Shown: positions 46,131 to 58,578 of the stretch, piece after piece
How positions within the stretch are numbered: position 1 is the stretch's first letter
Layout of the letters: every line of letters starts with the position of its first letter
Position numbers and translations under genes: made by a program
Assembly (NCBI RefSeq): GCF_002105155.1
Contig: NW_019029018.1
Coordinates: 1-64,000, forward strand
Length of the DNA: 64,000 nt
From: Lobosporangium transversale
Lineage: Eukaryota
Direction of reading: 5' to 3'
Notes under the pieces: generated by a model
What the model was told of the DNA's origin: nothing
What the model saw: only the letters and a program-made list of their open reading frames with translations
Databases searched by the model: none

Positions 46131-48415
46131 TGTAATAATTAAGAGAGACAAAAGATGATTTTATTATAATTATTAAAACAAGCCATTTTATAGGCTTAGG
46201 GCTATATACTGTCACACCTTCCCATTTTAAAAAAAAATTATAGTCTATGTGTTTTCTTGTATTTCTTCAGCATCCTGGTGCAGTTTGTAAGGGTGCTCTC
46301 TGGCTACCAAGTGGAGTCCTCTCTAGGGTAGCTTTTCCATTTAATGAGGAACTCTTGGCGATTGCTACTGAATCGATGGTCTAAAATAGCTTCGACCTCG
46401 TATTCCTCTTCATCATCAATAATTTCAGGCGGCGGCCGTGCTGGAACTCTGGGCCCTAAGGCCTCTGGCGATGGAATGTATTTTTTAAAACGGTCCACAT
46501 GAAACACATCATGGATCTTCATCGTATTTGGAAGTTCTAATCGGAATGATACAGGCGAGATTTGTTCGACAATGGTATGAGGCCCAGCGAATAATGCTCT
46601 GAGCTTTTCCGTCGGCCTGTTCTTATCAGCGTCAACGGTGATATCATCTGTGCTGAGTAGTACCTGGTCTCCAACAGTAAATGAGTGATCACGTCGGCGA
46701 GCATTTGCGCCCCTTGCCTGCCTCTCTCTTGCCTCTTCCATGGCTTCCTTTGCCAACGTAAGCGCCGCGCTTTGGGACTCCAAAAATTCTTTCACACTAG
46801 GGTTTGATGATGTGTGGATGGTAGGTTGTAGAAGAGATGCTGGGACACGCGGGTTAAAGCCAGCATTCAAGAAAAAAGGTGAAAATCCAGTTGACGCGTT
46901 AACCGAGTTGTTGTAGGCAAATTCAGCAGCGGAAAGCAATAGGTCCCAATTGGTTTGTCGTTGATCTACAAACGCACGAAGGATTGTTTCCAATGTCTGG
47001 TTGGCGCGTTCGGTCTGGCCATCTCTCTGCGGATGAAATGCTGTGGACAAGGCGAGTTTGCAGCCCATGAGCCGATGGAGTTCTTGCCAGAACTTGCTAG
47101 TGAATTTTGTATCACGGTCCGAGACGATGATTGTAGGCATGCCATGAAGCCTGAACACGTTGTCAAAGAAGAACCTAGCCACATCTGAAGCCTTGTCTTT
47201 GGTGGTGCTAGGCACAAAATGCACCTGCTTGGAGAATTTATCAACAAATACTGTGATGGCGTCGAAACCTCTAGGAGTCTTGGGAAGCATGACAATAAAA
47301 TCCATCGTCACAGTACTCCAGCGTTCTTTGGGGATCGCGAGGGGATGGAGCAGGCCTGCAGGGCGTTGTCGGCTAGGCTTGTTGCGTTGGCAGCTTTCAC
47401 AGGTTTGGATATAATTGCGAGTATCGCGAGCGATCCTGGGCCAGAATACATAACGACGAAGGATATCATAGGTCTTATCGAATCCGAGATGTCCGGCTAT
47501 AGCGGAGTCGTGAGCGTCGTGGAGAAGGGTAAGACGAATATCAGACTTCTGCGGAATACAGACTAGGTTTGTTCCGCGACGCCAAACATATAAAAGTCCA
47601 TCATGTAACGAGTAGCGAGGCGGAGGACATTTCTCAAGGCAGAATTTAAAGATCGTGGAGAGCTTTGGATCATCAGCGTAACTCTCAATCAGGCGCTGCT
47701 TCAGGTTCGGTTCTAGTTCGACCACAAGTGAGTTGACGGCGACAGATTGTAGATCTTGGTGATCTGGTCGTCGCGAAAGTGCATCTGGGACGATGTTGTC
47801 CGATCCACGCTTGTACTTGAAATCAAAGTCATATTCCTGAAGTAGCTCCATCCAGCGCGCTTGTCGTCGCGTTAGTTTAGGCTGTGTTGGGAAGTGGCGT
47901 AACGTAGCATGATCGGTGTATACGACGAAATGTGTGCCATCGAGGTAGTAGCGCCATGTTTTGAGTGCAGCTAGCAGCTCCTGTTCGTGTGTTGGGTAGT
48001 TCTTCTCGGCAGGGCTAAGTTTCTTGGATGTAAACGCTACGGGCCGGGACTCACCGTGTTCATCTGTTTGAAACAACACAGCTCCTATGGCGAATCCTGA
48101 GGCGTCTGTTTCTACTGTTGTGGGCAGGTCAGGGTCGAATATCCTAAGCACCGGGGCCTTGGTGATGGCGCTCTTCAAGGCAGCGAATGCGCGCTCTTTT
48201 TCCTCATCCCAAGAGAACGCAACACCATCACCCAAGAGAGCTGTCAAGGGTAGGGCAATAGTAGCGAAGTCATGGATGTACTGCTGATAGAACTGAGCAA
48301 GGCCAATGAACTGTTGGATATCCCTTTGTTTGGTGGGTCGAGGCCATTCTTTGATAGCCTTGACATGGCCCGCGCTTGTCTTGATGCCGTCTTTACAAAC
48401 AACATGTCCTAGAAA
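46131..48415 (-). mobile_element. 3' half of Ty3/Gypsy chromovirus C (RT end, RNase H, INT, chromodomain, PPT, 86-bp 3' LTR)
   Basis: Pol runs from FLGHVV (48415) to the chromodomain, with a premature TAG at 46304-46306. PPT GGGAAGG and LTR 46131-46216. Confidence 0.92.
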
Positions 48416-51400
48416 CAGTGCTCCTAATCGATTCGATACAACCGGAATTGAATGGGATTGAATGCATCCGATTCAGTTTCGGCTCAGGGTAAGTTTGTAC
48501 CGAAATTGAATGCTCCATTCCTGTATCGAATCGAATGAATCGAATGTGTTGAATGATACCCTTAATGTGTAGCATGGGTCGTATGATTATATCGAATGCA
48601 TCGAATGTATCGAAACCGTTTACCGAATGTATCGCAGCCGATTTACCGAATGCATCAAAACCGATTTTTTAAGCGCATCGAATGTATCTATGCACTATTT
48701 AATACGACTATATCGGCTTTTTGAATAAAAAACTTGACAGGTTAGAATGGGCTTACACAATTTGATGCGCCACGGTACATTCGACTAACGTTCAAATGTT
48801 GGAAATATATTTAAATTTTGACTTATCACTTATAACGAATGTATACAGAACTATAGCAACTAATTTATGGGAGAACATTCATCCAAGAGACCAGGATGAC
48901 CAAGCGCTGGATCGTCGTAGGGCTAAGGCTATTTCTTTCAGGTGGCAGGAAGAACTTGGCTTGCGAAAAGCATCTTTCTGCCGGGGTTGATGTCACAGGG
49001 ACTGCAAGATAGTCCTTTGCCATATTCGCCAAATTGGGCAAGCGCTCCTTTTGTGATCGCCAGTACACTAACTCTGGAGGCTCATGTTACTAGCAACTAG
49101 AGAACTTCCTTCTCGAACGTATAATTCAAGCTCTCCACCTTTTTTCTTGATACCATAGCGTCTCATCTCCATTTCTTCTTCAGCTGGGAGCTGACTTGGG
49201 CCTTCTTTGCCCTTATATTCATCTTCCCAGACCTTCGTTACCATGTCTTGGCTGCTTTGAATATATTCACCCCATTCGTTAGCTTCCCACCAGTCAAACC
49301 GCATCCTCGGGTCCATAGCAGTGGCGACGGCATAGACCGCTGAGGAATCAGTTTTAGAATAATAACGCAAAAGCTTCTTTAACCCTTGACCTGCTGCGTT
49401 TTTTAGTGGAGGATCCTCTTCTTTTTCAATATAATCTTCTAGGTGGTCGATCATGTTGTTGTAAGCAGACATGGCTCTGTTGATTGTCGGGTATCCCAGG
49501 CTAGAAGACACCGTCGCTGTGATATCATTAAACTGGCTAAGCAAAATATGGAGGTTCTTCAGGTATCCCCATTCTTCGTCTTTCAGGGAGAAGGCCGATA
49601 AAAACGGTTCGTTCTGGCACATGCTCTGGTAGGCTAGCCTTAACGCTATTGCCCTATCCACCATGATGAAAGTAGAGCTCCAACGTGTGCAGTTATCCCT
49701 TTTCAGTTCAAGGCTTGGGCATTTCAGGATAGCGCAGACCTGGCCAAACTTGTCAATTCTTTGTGGCGAAGCTCTATGTATAAGTCGATATAAAAGGTAT
49801 TTTATAGTTAAGTTTCATGATTCAAGTTTATACTGTATTTGCAGTCAAGATTATATAGTAATACTGACCTGATCTTAACAATGCCTTTTCTGAGTTTCTG
49901 TAATGTACTCAGCGTTACAAGCGTTAACCCAACCGCATCCTCACACTCATTGTTGTTCACGTAGAGACTGTCATTTTCAGGAGCCAAGTCATTCAAACCA
50001 CTTGGGCCCAAAATCGCCTGAACTGCCAGATTAATGATGTGTCCAAGGCATGGCACATGGTATAAGCCATCCTTGAGCGGCCTAATGTTTTTTATTTTTA
50101 TTTATTTTTATTTTTTTTAAGAGAAGCGTTAGAGATAACTCATTACTAGATGCGTTAGCATTATTGAAAGTGACTGAGAATTACCATTCTACTGCCTTGG
50201 GATGCTTTTCAAGCTCTTGGATCATTTTGGACATATTTGACGCATTGTCGGTGGTGATACTTAGAAGCTTGTCACCAATTTTAAATCGATCGATGACCTT
50301 AGCCAGAGATTCCGCTAAGTTCTCACCTGTATGCGCTCCATACAATGGCTCAAATCCAATGACCAGCTCTTGTTGGCGCCAGTCATGATCAACCCAGTGA
50401 GCTGTTACCCCCAGGAAGTTGTCTTGGAAAGGGCTTGTCTAGCCATCAACGGTCAGTGATACCTTGTTAATATCCTCAAATAAGCTTTTGACTTGATGCT
50501 CCATGTATTGGTATTTTAGCTTAGCCTATTTTTAATCCATCTTTTTGTCAGTGTTTGGCTGATGTTTGTTATAAAAAAAAAATAATTATTGAAGAGTAAT
50601 AATAATAATAATACTGTAATAATCATAATCATAGTAATAATAGTTTTACCTTGGTTGCCATGGTGCCATCAGACGGTAGCTTTACTTGAGATGCTGTAGC
50701 CATTGTAGCATGGACTAGAAGCTCCTGGAGAGCAGTGCTTTTGACAATCGTAAATGGCTGCTTTGTTGTGATAACGAATCGGACAAGCAATTCGTCAAAT
50801 CTCGTAGGGTCAAATACTTTTGGCTGAGAAAATGAATTAAGCATCTTGTCCATCGGGCCTTGCTTGGAGAGACTGCCATCATTGGCATTGCTATCTTTAG
50901 TGATGCGATGTACTTGCCACAGATGCTGGATGACCCTTGAAGTTGACATATTCGATGAACCAAAGGTTTTCCCGCAGCTAGGGTAACAGCAGCGCATACC
51001 AGAGCCACTCTTAGTTTTAACACGCTCGGCCCACTTGTTCTTCATTGACCACGCCCAGCTTCGGTTGATCGCCGTGCTGCTTGCCACGCTGGAGCTTCCC
51101 ACGCTCCTCGTCACTAAGCTCTCATTCATCACGCTGCCGCTCATCACGCTCTCCATATCCATATCGTTGTCAGGCGCGTCAAAGCTGGCAGACATAGAAG
51201 TGTTACCAACGTCATAAACCTTAAGTTCATGTATGATAAAATTGCAATGGAGGTATTAATTTAAACATTAAGGTTAAGTTTTTTCCTTCTTTTCTTAATA
51301 CAAAGTAATATGGTAAATGTAATTAATATATACTTCTTCTTCTTCCTCCTCGATAATTCGACGACGTCGTTTACTCATTTTAAGAGATGTTTTGGGCTGA

Positions 51401-51910
51401 ATTGAGATAATGCATGAAAAGGAAAAGAGAGAAAAAAAAAAAAAAAAAAAAGGAAAAGGAAAGGAAATGAGGCGAAGTGAAGCGAATGCAAACACATTTG
51501 TTGTCCTGATGCCGCAGTTGAGTATTTAAGTATAACGCACCAGATATCTCGCACTCGTTGTTAGGCTTTATTTTCTATAAACATGTGTTTTAACCTTATC
51601 TTCATGGTAATATTTTTCTTAATCCACGATTTAAATCCACATTTTGATTAAGAGTGCCGTGAGAAAAAATTTATAAAAATTTTAATCGGTTTATCAATGT
51701 ACCGAATGATTCGGTATATCAAATGAATTGAATCGGTACAATCGAGGCACCGAATGATTCGGTTTACCGAATGCATCGAATAATCGATACATTCGATTCG
51801 GTTTCGACAATATATATTCATTCGGTTTCGATTCGATATGAACCTTACCTTGGTCAATTCGATTTCGGTTCGAAGGTGTATTGAATCGAATGTACCGATT
51901 AGGAGCACTG
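48416..51910 (-). mobile_element. hAT DNA transposon with a pseudogenised multi-exon transposase (~51378-48865)
   Basis: 15-bp TIR CAGTGCTCCTAATCG and ATCGAA-rich subtermini. BED finger, LTVDG*TS (in-frame stop), TTDNASNM, CLGHIINLAVQ, TRWSST and TSTPAERCFS motifs. No matching 8-bp TSD. Confidence 0.93.
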
Positions 51911-53105
51911 ATATGATGTGCTCGTAGAGTTTTATCCCATCGATGCTTGTAGTAGTACTTTCTTCCGCAGGACCCAACTCTGCTAAAGATGGTCTCATCT
52001 GAGAACATGACGTTCTTCCAGTCTTCTAGAGTCCAGTCCAAGTAATCCTTTGCAAAATTATATCGAGCATAGATTTGCTTCTTCGTCAGATCAGGCTGCT
52101 TCTGTTTTACATATGCCCCCATATCATCCTGCATAAGGAACCTCCTGATGCTCGATTTACTAACCTGCACTCCTTCCCTCAATTGAACAAGTTGTTGGCC
52201 ATCTTTTAGGGTCTCCAATACACCCATGTCAAAAAATCTTGATAAAAGCTGTTTCGTTTTCTTAGTAACTTTGCAGGGTCGGCCCCCTCTCAGCACTGGA
52301 ATACTTTCTTTGCCTCTTTTCCTAATCCTTTGAGCTGAGGTAACAGATATCCCTAAACTCTTTGACACTTCTCTGGAAGACTTTCCCTGATGAAGTAGAG
52401 CAGTTGCATTTTGGATAGTTGATTTGGATAATGATTTCATGTTATGATAAAGATATGGCAGATATGCAGAGTGTCGCTTGGTGTATCAGTGGTGATGGTG
52501 CTATAAAGAAAGAATAAAGAATAAGAAAGAAGTAAGGGATGGACAAACCTGACATGTACTTTTTACCAAAACTGATGCAAGGAGACATGACTATACAAAT
52601 GGCGATTATTCGCTAATTGCGTCATTGATGAGAACAGCGATGACAGTCTACGAAGGTGAGACAAATGAGAATGAGAAGCGGTGATGGTAGGGAAGATCAT
52701 TAGAAAGGAAAAGGAGAATGAGGAATGAATGGTCTACTGAATGGTCTACGAAGGACGACCTATTCACATTGTCATAGGTACCATGGACGTATGTGTGTGT
52801 CACCTTTCTTCATTGAAAATCCGACGAGAAATAAAGAAAAATAAACTAAATAAAAAGATCCCTCTGCCCTGCAACTCTGATCTACATCTACTTCTCGAGC
52901 CAAAAAGGGGTGGTGTGGGTGGGACATACGTCCATGGTACCTATGACAATGTGAATAGGTCGTCCTTCGTAGACCATTCAGTAGACCATTGTCTACGGTA
53001 CCATGTCCGTATGTGGCTCCAGAGGGATCGCCAAAGAGAACTAAACTAAAACAAAACTAAAACTAAAAGAAAACTGAACGAAATGAACAACTAACTAAAG
53101 AAAAT

Positions 53106-54085
53106 CTAGCCTAGAGTGCTCATGGACATGTTGTTGGAGGTGGCACTCGACAAACGGTAGTGCTTCTCGAAGACTTTCGGGGACGACCAATTCCCCTGCA
53201 CCATGATATCAGCCACTGGTACGCCTGCTATAGCCGCGAGCGTAGAACCTAAGGCTCGGAGCTTAGGAGCTTTCTTGTCTCCTAAATCCATCAGCGAAGA
53301 AATCCTACTCATGTGGGAGCCAATAGTAGTCGCACGCGCCGGCTGGGTGTGGTCTTTCACAAATCTAATCAAAGGTACAATGCTTCTTGTTGGGTCCTTC
53401 GGATGAGGAGAGGTAGTGGAAGGACAAGACAGCCTGTCCAGGTAAGCGGTGTATGCGTCGACAGGGCATAGCTTCTTGTCAAAGTGAGAACCAATGGTCA
53501 CATGCTTAATGATACGTTGCCCATCACTCTTCTCTTTTGGGAAAACAACAACAAGCTGAAGCTCCCTAACACAATCTTGGAGAGACTGACATCTACACAT
53601 CTGATGTCGTCTGGTCTCATGAAGCCACAGACGCCTAAGAGCCAACACAGCTTCCATGTAAGCTCCTCAAAAGGCAACTCCATATTTGCTGATGACTGCC
53701 GAAAATGGTCCAAAACAGGTGTGATGTCAAAGTGACCAGACCTGGACTCAACGACACCTTCTTGCTTTCCAGCCTTGAGGAACTGGCGGTAGTATTCATC
53801 TGATCGTACTCTCTCTGGGTCACGAAATAGGGCGAGGACAGCCGACTTCATGGTCATCAGCGTGGACCACTTCAAATTGCGAGCGACCCGCACGTAGTGT
53901 AGCCAGTTCACTACTGGGATCGCGGGGTTAATCCCTTGTTCGAACGAGCCCTCTTTCAGCCAAGTGACGAATTCAGCTTGATGCTTTTCGTACTCTCGCT
54001 TGGTGCTCTTGGATCCTTTGTGAGCACAGATAAACTCAGTCACCGCTGGCGAGAGGCCATCTATGAGCATCCTCGTCCTCTTACT
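53106..54085 (-). pseudogene. DIRS-B tyrosine recombinase with one frameshift near 53565
   Basis: FMRPDD lies in one frame, while CPV, LRALGST, QGNWSS and FEKHYR lie in another. Confidence 0.85.
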
Positions 54086-56004
54086 CTCCACGCGGTAAGG
54101 CCCCAGTGTGGATTCTTGAGCAGGATGTGCGCGTCGCTTCCTGGTGGAGGGAGAACACATGTTCGTGGAATCGGTAAAGGGGGTTGGGTCGCCATTGCCT
54201 GTATCTTCGGGAACCAAATCGCCGATGGCCAAAATGGAGTAATTATGGTCGCTTCCAGGCCTTCCTGGTCTAGCTTCTGCAGGATCCTTGGAAGTAAGTT
54301 CCATGGAGGACAGATGTAAAGGTTGCCCAAGTGGCTCCACTTGTGTCTCAGCGCATCGAAGTCCACTGCCAAAGGATGAGGTTTCCATGTCATGAACTGA
54401 GGAAGCTGGTTGTTGCTGGGCGATGCAAAGAGGTCTATCCGATGAGGCCCCCACTGCTGGTCTAGACGACGGAAAAATGACGGGTCCAGCCTCCATTCGA
54501 GCTGCGCTTGCATCCGGCGTGATGGTGCATCTGCTGGATTGAATACTGAAGGTACATATGTGGTCCTGAGTCTTGTGCCTGTTGCTAGACAATGCTTCCA
54601 TATTTTGTCCGCCAGGTCCATCAGAGGTTGTGAACGAGTTCCGCCGAACCGGTTGATGTAAGCGATGGTGGTTGTGTTGTCGATTACTAGGTTGAGCATC
54701 CTCCCTTGTGTTTGCGGTAGAGTGACTGCGTAGTACACGGTTAGTAACTCTTTTAAATTGATGTGTTGGTGGCGTATGTTTGGTGGCCATAGCCCTGTCC
54801 AAGTGCGCTGCCCTATGACGATCCCCCAGCCTTGGTCGGAGGCGTCTGTGTACACGTCCATCTGAGTTGGCGACTGAATCCATGACGTCCCGTTCCACTC
54901 CTTGAGTTGGTGTGTCCACCAATCCAGATCGGCTCGAGCTCTGTCGTCCAGTGAGATCGTCGCTTCCCAAGATGACCCCTGATGGCTGAGCGCTCTGTTC
55001 TTCAATGCCAGAAGATGCCGCGTCATTAGACGAGCTGGAAATACTGCTGCTGTCGTCGCCATGGCTTTCCCTATGAACGTAGCCAAGTTGCGAACCGTCG
55101 TCCATCCCTTGCTGAGCATCTTCGCTGCTTCTCGCCGTATGTCCCTGACCTTGGACTTCGGTACCGAGAGGGTCATGTCGGTGGTGTTGATGGTGAAACC
55201 CAGATGATCTAGACATTTCGTTGGCATCAGAGAGGATTTCTCCTTGTTGATGAGGAATCCAAGAGACTTGAGTTTGTCCAGGACAAGATTCGTGTGCTCT
55301 TCTGCTTGGGCTTTGGAGTTGGCCATGATCAACAGATCGTCGATGTAAGCTGTCAGCCGTATTCCTCGACGCCTCGCCCATCTCAACACCGGGCGTAGGA
55401 CCTTCGTGAAGACTAACGGCGACAGTGACATCCCGAAAGGTAGAGTGCGAAACTGATACAGCTGACCCTTCCACTGAAACTGAAGGTAAGGACGAAAATG
55501 TGGATGAATCAGCACATGAAGGAAAGCATCTTTGAGATCGATGCTCGTCAAATAATCGTTCTTCTGAAGGGTATTGCATACTACCTGAATCGTCTCCATC
55601 TTGAACGAGTCTGTGATGATAAATTGATTGAGAGGACGTAGGTTGAGGACAGGCCGGAGGTCCCCTGTCTTCTTGGGGATAGTAAACAAACGACTCTGGA
55701 AACCAGGTCCCGAAGCGTGCTCTATGGCTTTTTTGGCCAGAAGTGCGATCACTTCGTTCTCTATCGCCAGTGTCTCCTCCTTGGATAGATGCGGGGAAAG
55801 GGCTCTTGATGTGTGTGTTATTGGAGGTTGTCTGTGGAAGGGAATCTGAAAACCGTTTCCAATCACGGAGCGGACCCACCTGTCGTCCGTGAGGAGCCTC
55901 CAAGCCCTCGAGTAGAGGTGCAGACGGCCCCCTACTGGCTCTTGTTGGCGCTGCCGCGTCCCCGTCCACGGCTGCCTCTGTAAAAATACTGTCCCTGCTG
56001 GTTG
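54061..56004 (-). CDS. DIRS-B RT, RNase H and methyltransferase-like ORF
   Basis: PVGGRL start region, SIDLKDAF, YIDD, YTDAS, IDLFAS and YICPPW. The frame is uninterrupted. Confidence 0.92.
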   Translation of the reverse strand, partial: QPAGTVFLQRQPWTGTRQRQQEPVGGRLHLYSRAWRLLTDDRWVRSVIGNGFQIPFHRQPPITHTSRALSPHLSKEETLAIENEVIALLAKKAIEHASGPGFQSRLFTIPKKTGDLRPVLNLRPLNQFIITDSFKMETIQVVCNTLQKNDYLTSIDLKDAFLHVLIHPHFRPYLQFQWKGQLYQFRTLPFGMSLSPLVFTKVLRPVLRWARRRGIRLTAYIDDLLIMANSKAQAEEHTNLVLDKLKSLGFLINKEKSSLMPTKCLDHLGFTINTTDMTLSVPKSKVRDIRREAAKMLSKGWTTVRNLATFIGKAMATTAAVFPARLMTRHLLALKNRALSHQGSSWEATISLDDRARADLDWWTHQLKEWNGTSWIQSPTQMDVYTDASDQGWGIVIGQRTWTGLWPPNIRHQHINLKELLTVYYAVTLPQTQGRMLNLVIDNTTTIAYINRFGGTRSQPLMDLADKIWKHCLATGTRLRTTYVPSVFNPADAPSRRMQAQLEWRLDPSFFRRLDQQWGPHRIDLFASPSNNQLPQFMTWKPHPLAVDFDALRHKWSHLGNLYICPPWNLLPRILQKLDQEGLEATIITPFWPSAIWFPKIQAMATQPPLPIPRTCVLPPPGSDAHILLKNPHWGLTAWRVRGRGCS

Positions 56005-56861
56005 TTATGCATGGGCTCTCCATACCCGTAAGTGAGCTGAGGAGGTGTGGCTTGTTGTGCTTGATGATGATTCGCTGGTGAATAAGGTTGCGATTGTGAT
56101 GGAAATTGCTGGAACTGTTGCTGCTGGTGGGGGTACATGTTAAAGTAAATACCCCTGCTGCGAGAACCGGAATTGCGACCGGATCCTCTGTTTTGCAAAG
56201 CTGTCTTGCGAGGCTTGCTGGCCTCCTGGTACTCCTCAGCAGCTTTAATTCGGGCTGCAATATCATCTTTAGTGATAGTTGCAGTCTTTTCATGATCAGG
56301 GGCTGGCTTGAGACCCTTTGCGTACACAAAATTATCCATGCGCAGATCGGTGATTTGGCGTGCTGTAACGGCCAGATGAGATCGCATGACATGCCCAAAA
56401 TCTGCGACGATCTGCCGTAATGCAGGATCGTGCACTTTGTGAAAGTATTCTGCCAGGAATTCGTCCAAGGGTCGCGTAGCGTGGGCCTGACGTTCCTGTA
56501 GTTGGGATAACCACTTGTCCACTCGTTGAAAAGAAGTGGTCTCCTGAGGCCAAGGCAACTCAAGAGAGGGCGCTTTGTACTGCTGATCTGGGTTCTTGGG
56601 ATAGAGGACGTACTCGGTGAGGATGTTGTCGTCGCCAGAGTTGTCCGGGGGACGGAAGAAATGAGAGCCGTCAAGGGAAGGTACAGCCGCTTTGAGGGTA
56701 TCAGAGAGGACAAGTATCTTGGCCTGTGGGCGATCAATGGTGATGGGGGAAGGGGAAGAGGAGGAAGGGTTGGCCTGCGTAAGGGCAGCCACCTGCTGAC
56801 GAAGAGTGTTGATTTCATGAAGGAGTGCATTATGAGTGTTGTCGGTAGAATTGTCGCTCAT
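55932..56861 (-). CDS. gag: DIRS-B Gag-like ORF1
   Basis: Homologous to DIRS-A ORF1 with an RG-rich tail. Confidence 0.85.
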   Translation of the reverse strand: MSDNSTDNTHNALLHEINTLRQQVAALTQANPSSSSPSPITIDRPQAKILVLSDTLKAAVPSLDGSHFFRPPDNSGDDNILTEYVLYPKNPDQQYKAPSLELPWPQETTSFQRVDKWLSQLQERQAHATRPLDEFLAEYFHKVHDPALRQIVADFGHVMRSHLAVTARQITDLRMDNFVYAKGLKPAPDHEKTATITKDDIAARIKAAEEYQEASKPRKTALQNRGSGRNSGSRSRGIYFNMYPHQQQQFQQFPSQSQPYSPANHHQAQQATPPQLTYGYGEPMHNNQQGQYFYRGSRGRGRGSANKSQ

Positions 56862-57123
56862 TGGAACGAATAGATAATAGTCTGCAACGGATGAGTTCCA
56901 GGAGCGACGAGAAGAAAGATGTAGATCAGAGTTGCAGGGCAGAGGGATCTTTTTATTTAGTTTATTTTTCTTTATTTCTCGTCGGATTTTCAATGAAGAA
57001 AGGTGACACACACATACGGACATGGTACCGTAGACAATGTTAAAAAATGCAAATTATTGCATCAGTTTTGGCACGCACCATAGATGACATCATTACGTCA
57101 AGAGTCTATACCGAACCTAAATG

Positions 57124-57436
57124 TAATCGAGTGTCCAACGCAAACAATCAAATGCTGCGCAATCCGCAGCAAGATCAGATGACTCATCCGCATGACCCCA
57201 ACTTGACCAATGATATTCCAGAAGACAAGCACGAAAAGAGTACCCTATCAGATGCCAAGACTCTGATTAGTAATCAATCATCAAACGAGGATGGCTCTGT
57301 CACCTCAACCAAAACATATATATAGTCTAGTAGTACCATGTCAAATCAGTAGCAATAAACACCGTATCTTTACTATACCTGCTTCCTCCATCCTTGCCCA
57401 CGTACCTCTCTTGATTCCTTGCACACCAACTGGTTT
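57124..57436. repeat. Unclassified dispersed repeat, copy 2
   Basis: Near-identical to 41354-41668. Confidence 0.85.
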
Positions 57437-57439
57437 ATT

Positions 57440-57653
57440 ACAGAGCAGGTTGAAAGTAAAATCGAGGAGGTAGGGTGGTGCGGCAGGGGACAGGGGGACA
57501 GGGAAATCAGGGGCAGGGGAGCAGGGGACAGGGATGAAGGTCGGGGATCAGAGTAGCTTTGCTACCATGTAATAATTAAGAGAGACAAAAGATGATTTTG
57601 TTATAATTATTAAAACAAGCCTTTTTATATGCTTAAGGCTATATACTGTCACA
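57440..57653 (-). mobile_element. 5' LTR (86 bp), PBS and leader of the Gypsy-C family
   Basis: LTR 57568-57653 has 4 mismatches to 46131-46216. PBS TGGTAGCAAAG is adjacent at 57567-57557. Confidence 0.9.
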
Positions 57654-57846
57654 GCGTTAGTGCAATGCACATAAGCCACACAGGCTGGTGACGAGTCTAC
57701 ACCTCAGGTGCACTTCCATTTTTATTCATAAGGTCAGAGTATTACGTGACGGTCATGGAGAGTCCTTAATAAAAGGCTCTCGTTTGGCAACAATAATAAA
57801 AACAACTTTTGATCTCCTTGACTTCGGACTGACCATAAAATATCTC

Positions 57847-57989
57847 ACGCTGTATGCTTCTTTGTTCTTGATGTTGACCCGCAAGGGTCTCGATGGCGCT
57901 TCGAAGGGTTATTAACCCCGCAGGATTCGAATCAGACAAAAAAGTCATTCATCAATTCATGAGCTCAACATTGCTTGCTGTTCGTGACA
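57847..57989 (-). mobile_element. Deleted Gypsy-A family remnant (LTR start fused to a gag fragment)
   Basis: The first ~65 bp of the LTR are joined to the PAGLITLRSAIE gag segment. Confidence 0.8.
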
Positions 57990-58338
57990 CACATATCCCT
58001 CCTAAATTCTTACACAAACTATACTGCGGTATGCCGAAGAGGATGAGGGAGTTATATAAGGCTAAAGGAGGGAACATCGTTAGGGGAAAGGAGAAGTAAC
58101 AGGAATAAATAAAAACAAGAAGTTGTTAGTTGGCATAGTAGATGCAATGAGATGTTGAAAACAAATTGCAATTAAATGCTAATTAGGCCACTGATGGCGA
58201 TGACGATGAGACTCCATGGAGGTGAGACAAATGAGAATGGGAAATGGTGGTGGCAGGGAAGATCATAAAGAAGAAGAAGGAGAATGAGGAATGAATGTTG
58301 AAAAATGCAATTTATTGCATCAGTTTTGGCACGCACTA
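57990..58338 (+). mobile_element. 3' end and right TIR of a Tc1 family C element
   Basis: IPPKFLHKLYCGMPKRMRELYKAKGG transposase tail, then a TIR ending GCACGCACTA followed by TA. Confidence 0.85.
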
Positions 58339-58376
58339 TAAAACGAGCATCTGGAGGTACCTCATGGAGGATGATA

Positions 58377-58578
58377 CACTATCATGCAAAACTGATTCAA
58401 TAATTCATTCCCATGTGCATTTCTTTTTTTCATTCCTAGAAACCGTATATGCATACACCACTCATACTTTGCTTTAATAAAGCTCCCGTCTTCTTCTACG
58501 TCATAGTGATGCGTTGTGACATTAGCTTGTCTCATTTGAATAGCTAATGACTTTTTTGTTCATGCAGGTCATTGAATC
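58377..58578 (+). mobile_element. TIR of Tc1 family A, copy 3, interrupted by Gypsy-D
   Basis: Nearly identical to 9945-10146 and preceded by TA. Confidence 0.95.

Larger units (their letters stand above)
52731..57035 (-). mobile_element. DIRS1-like retrotransposon B, full length
   Basis: ITRs at ~52775-52891 and ~56916-57035, with the ICR at ~52922-53015 complementary to both ends. AAT flanks both junctions. Confidence 0.96.
51911..57080 (-). mobile_element. 5' part of a Tc1 family C element (transposase 52440-51911), cut by hAT, with DIRS-B inside its TIR
   Basis: MKSLSKSTIQNA..VMFSDET transposase N-half. TIR halves at ~52620-52730 and 57036-57080 match the intact TIR at 58200-58338. Confidence 0.88.

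Noticed and set aside
46131..57653. One intact Gypsy-C with simple nested insertions
   Set aside because: There is no TSD, gag, protease and most of RT are missing, and the internal junctions do not rejoin.
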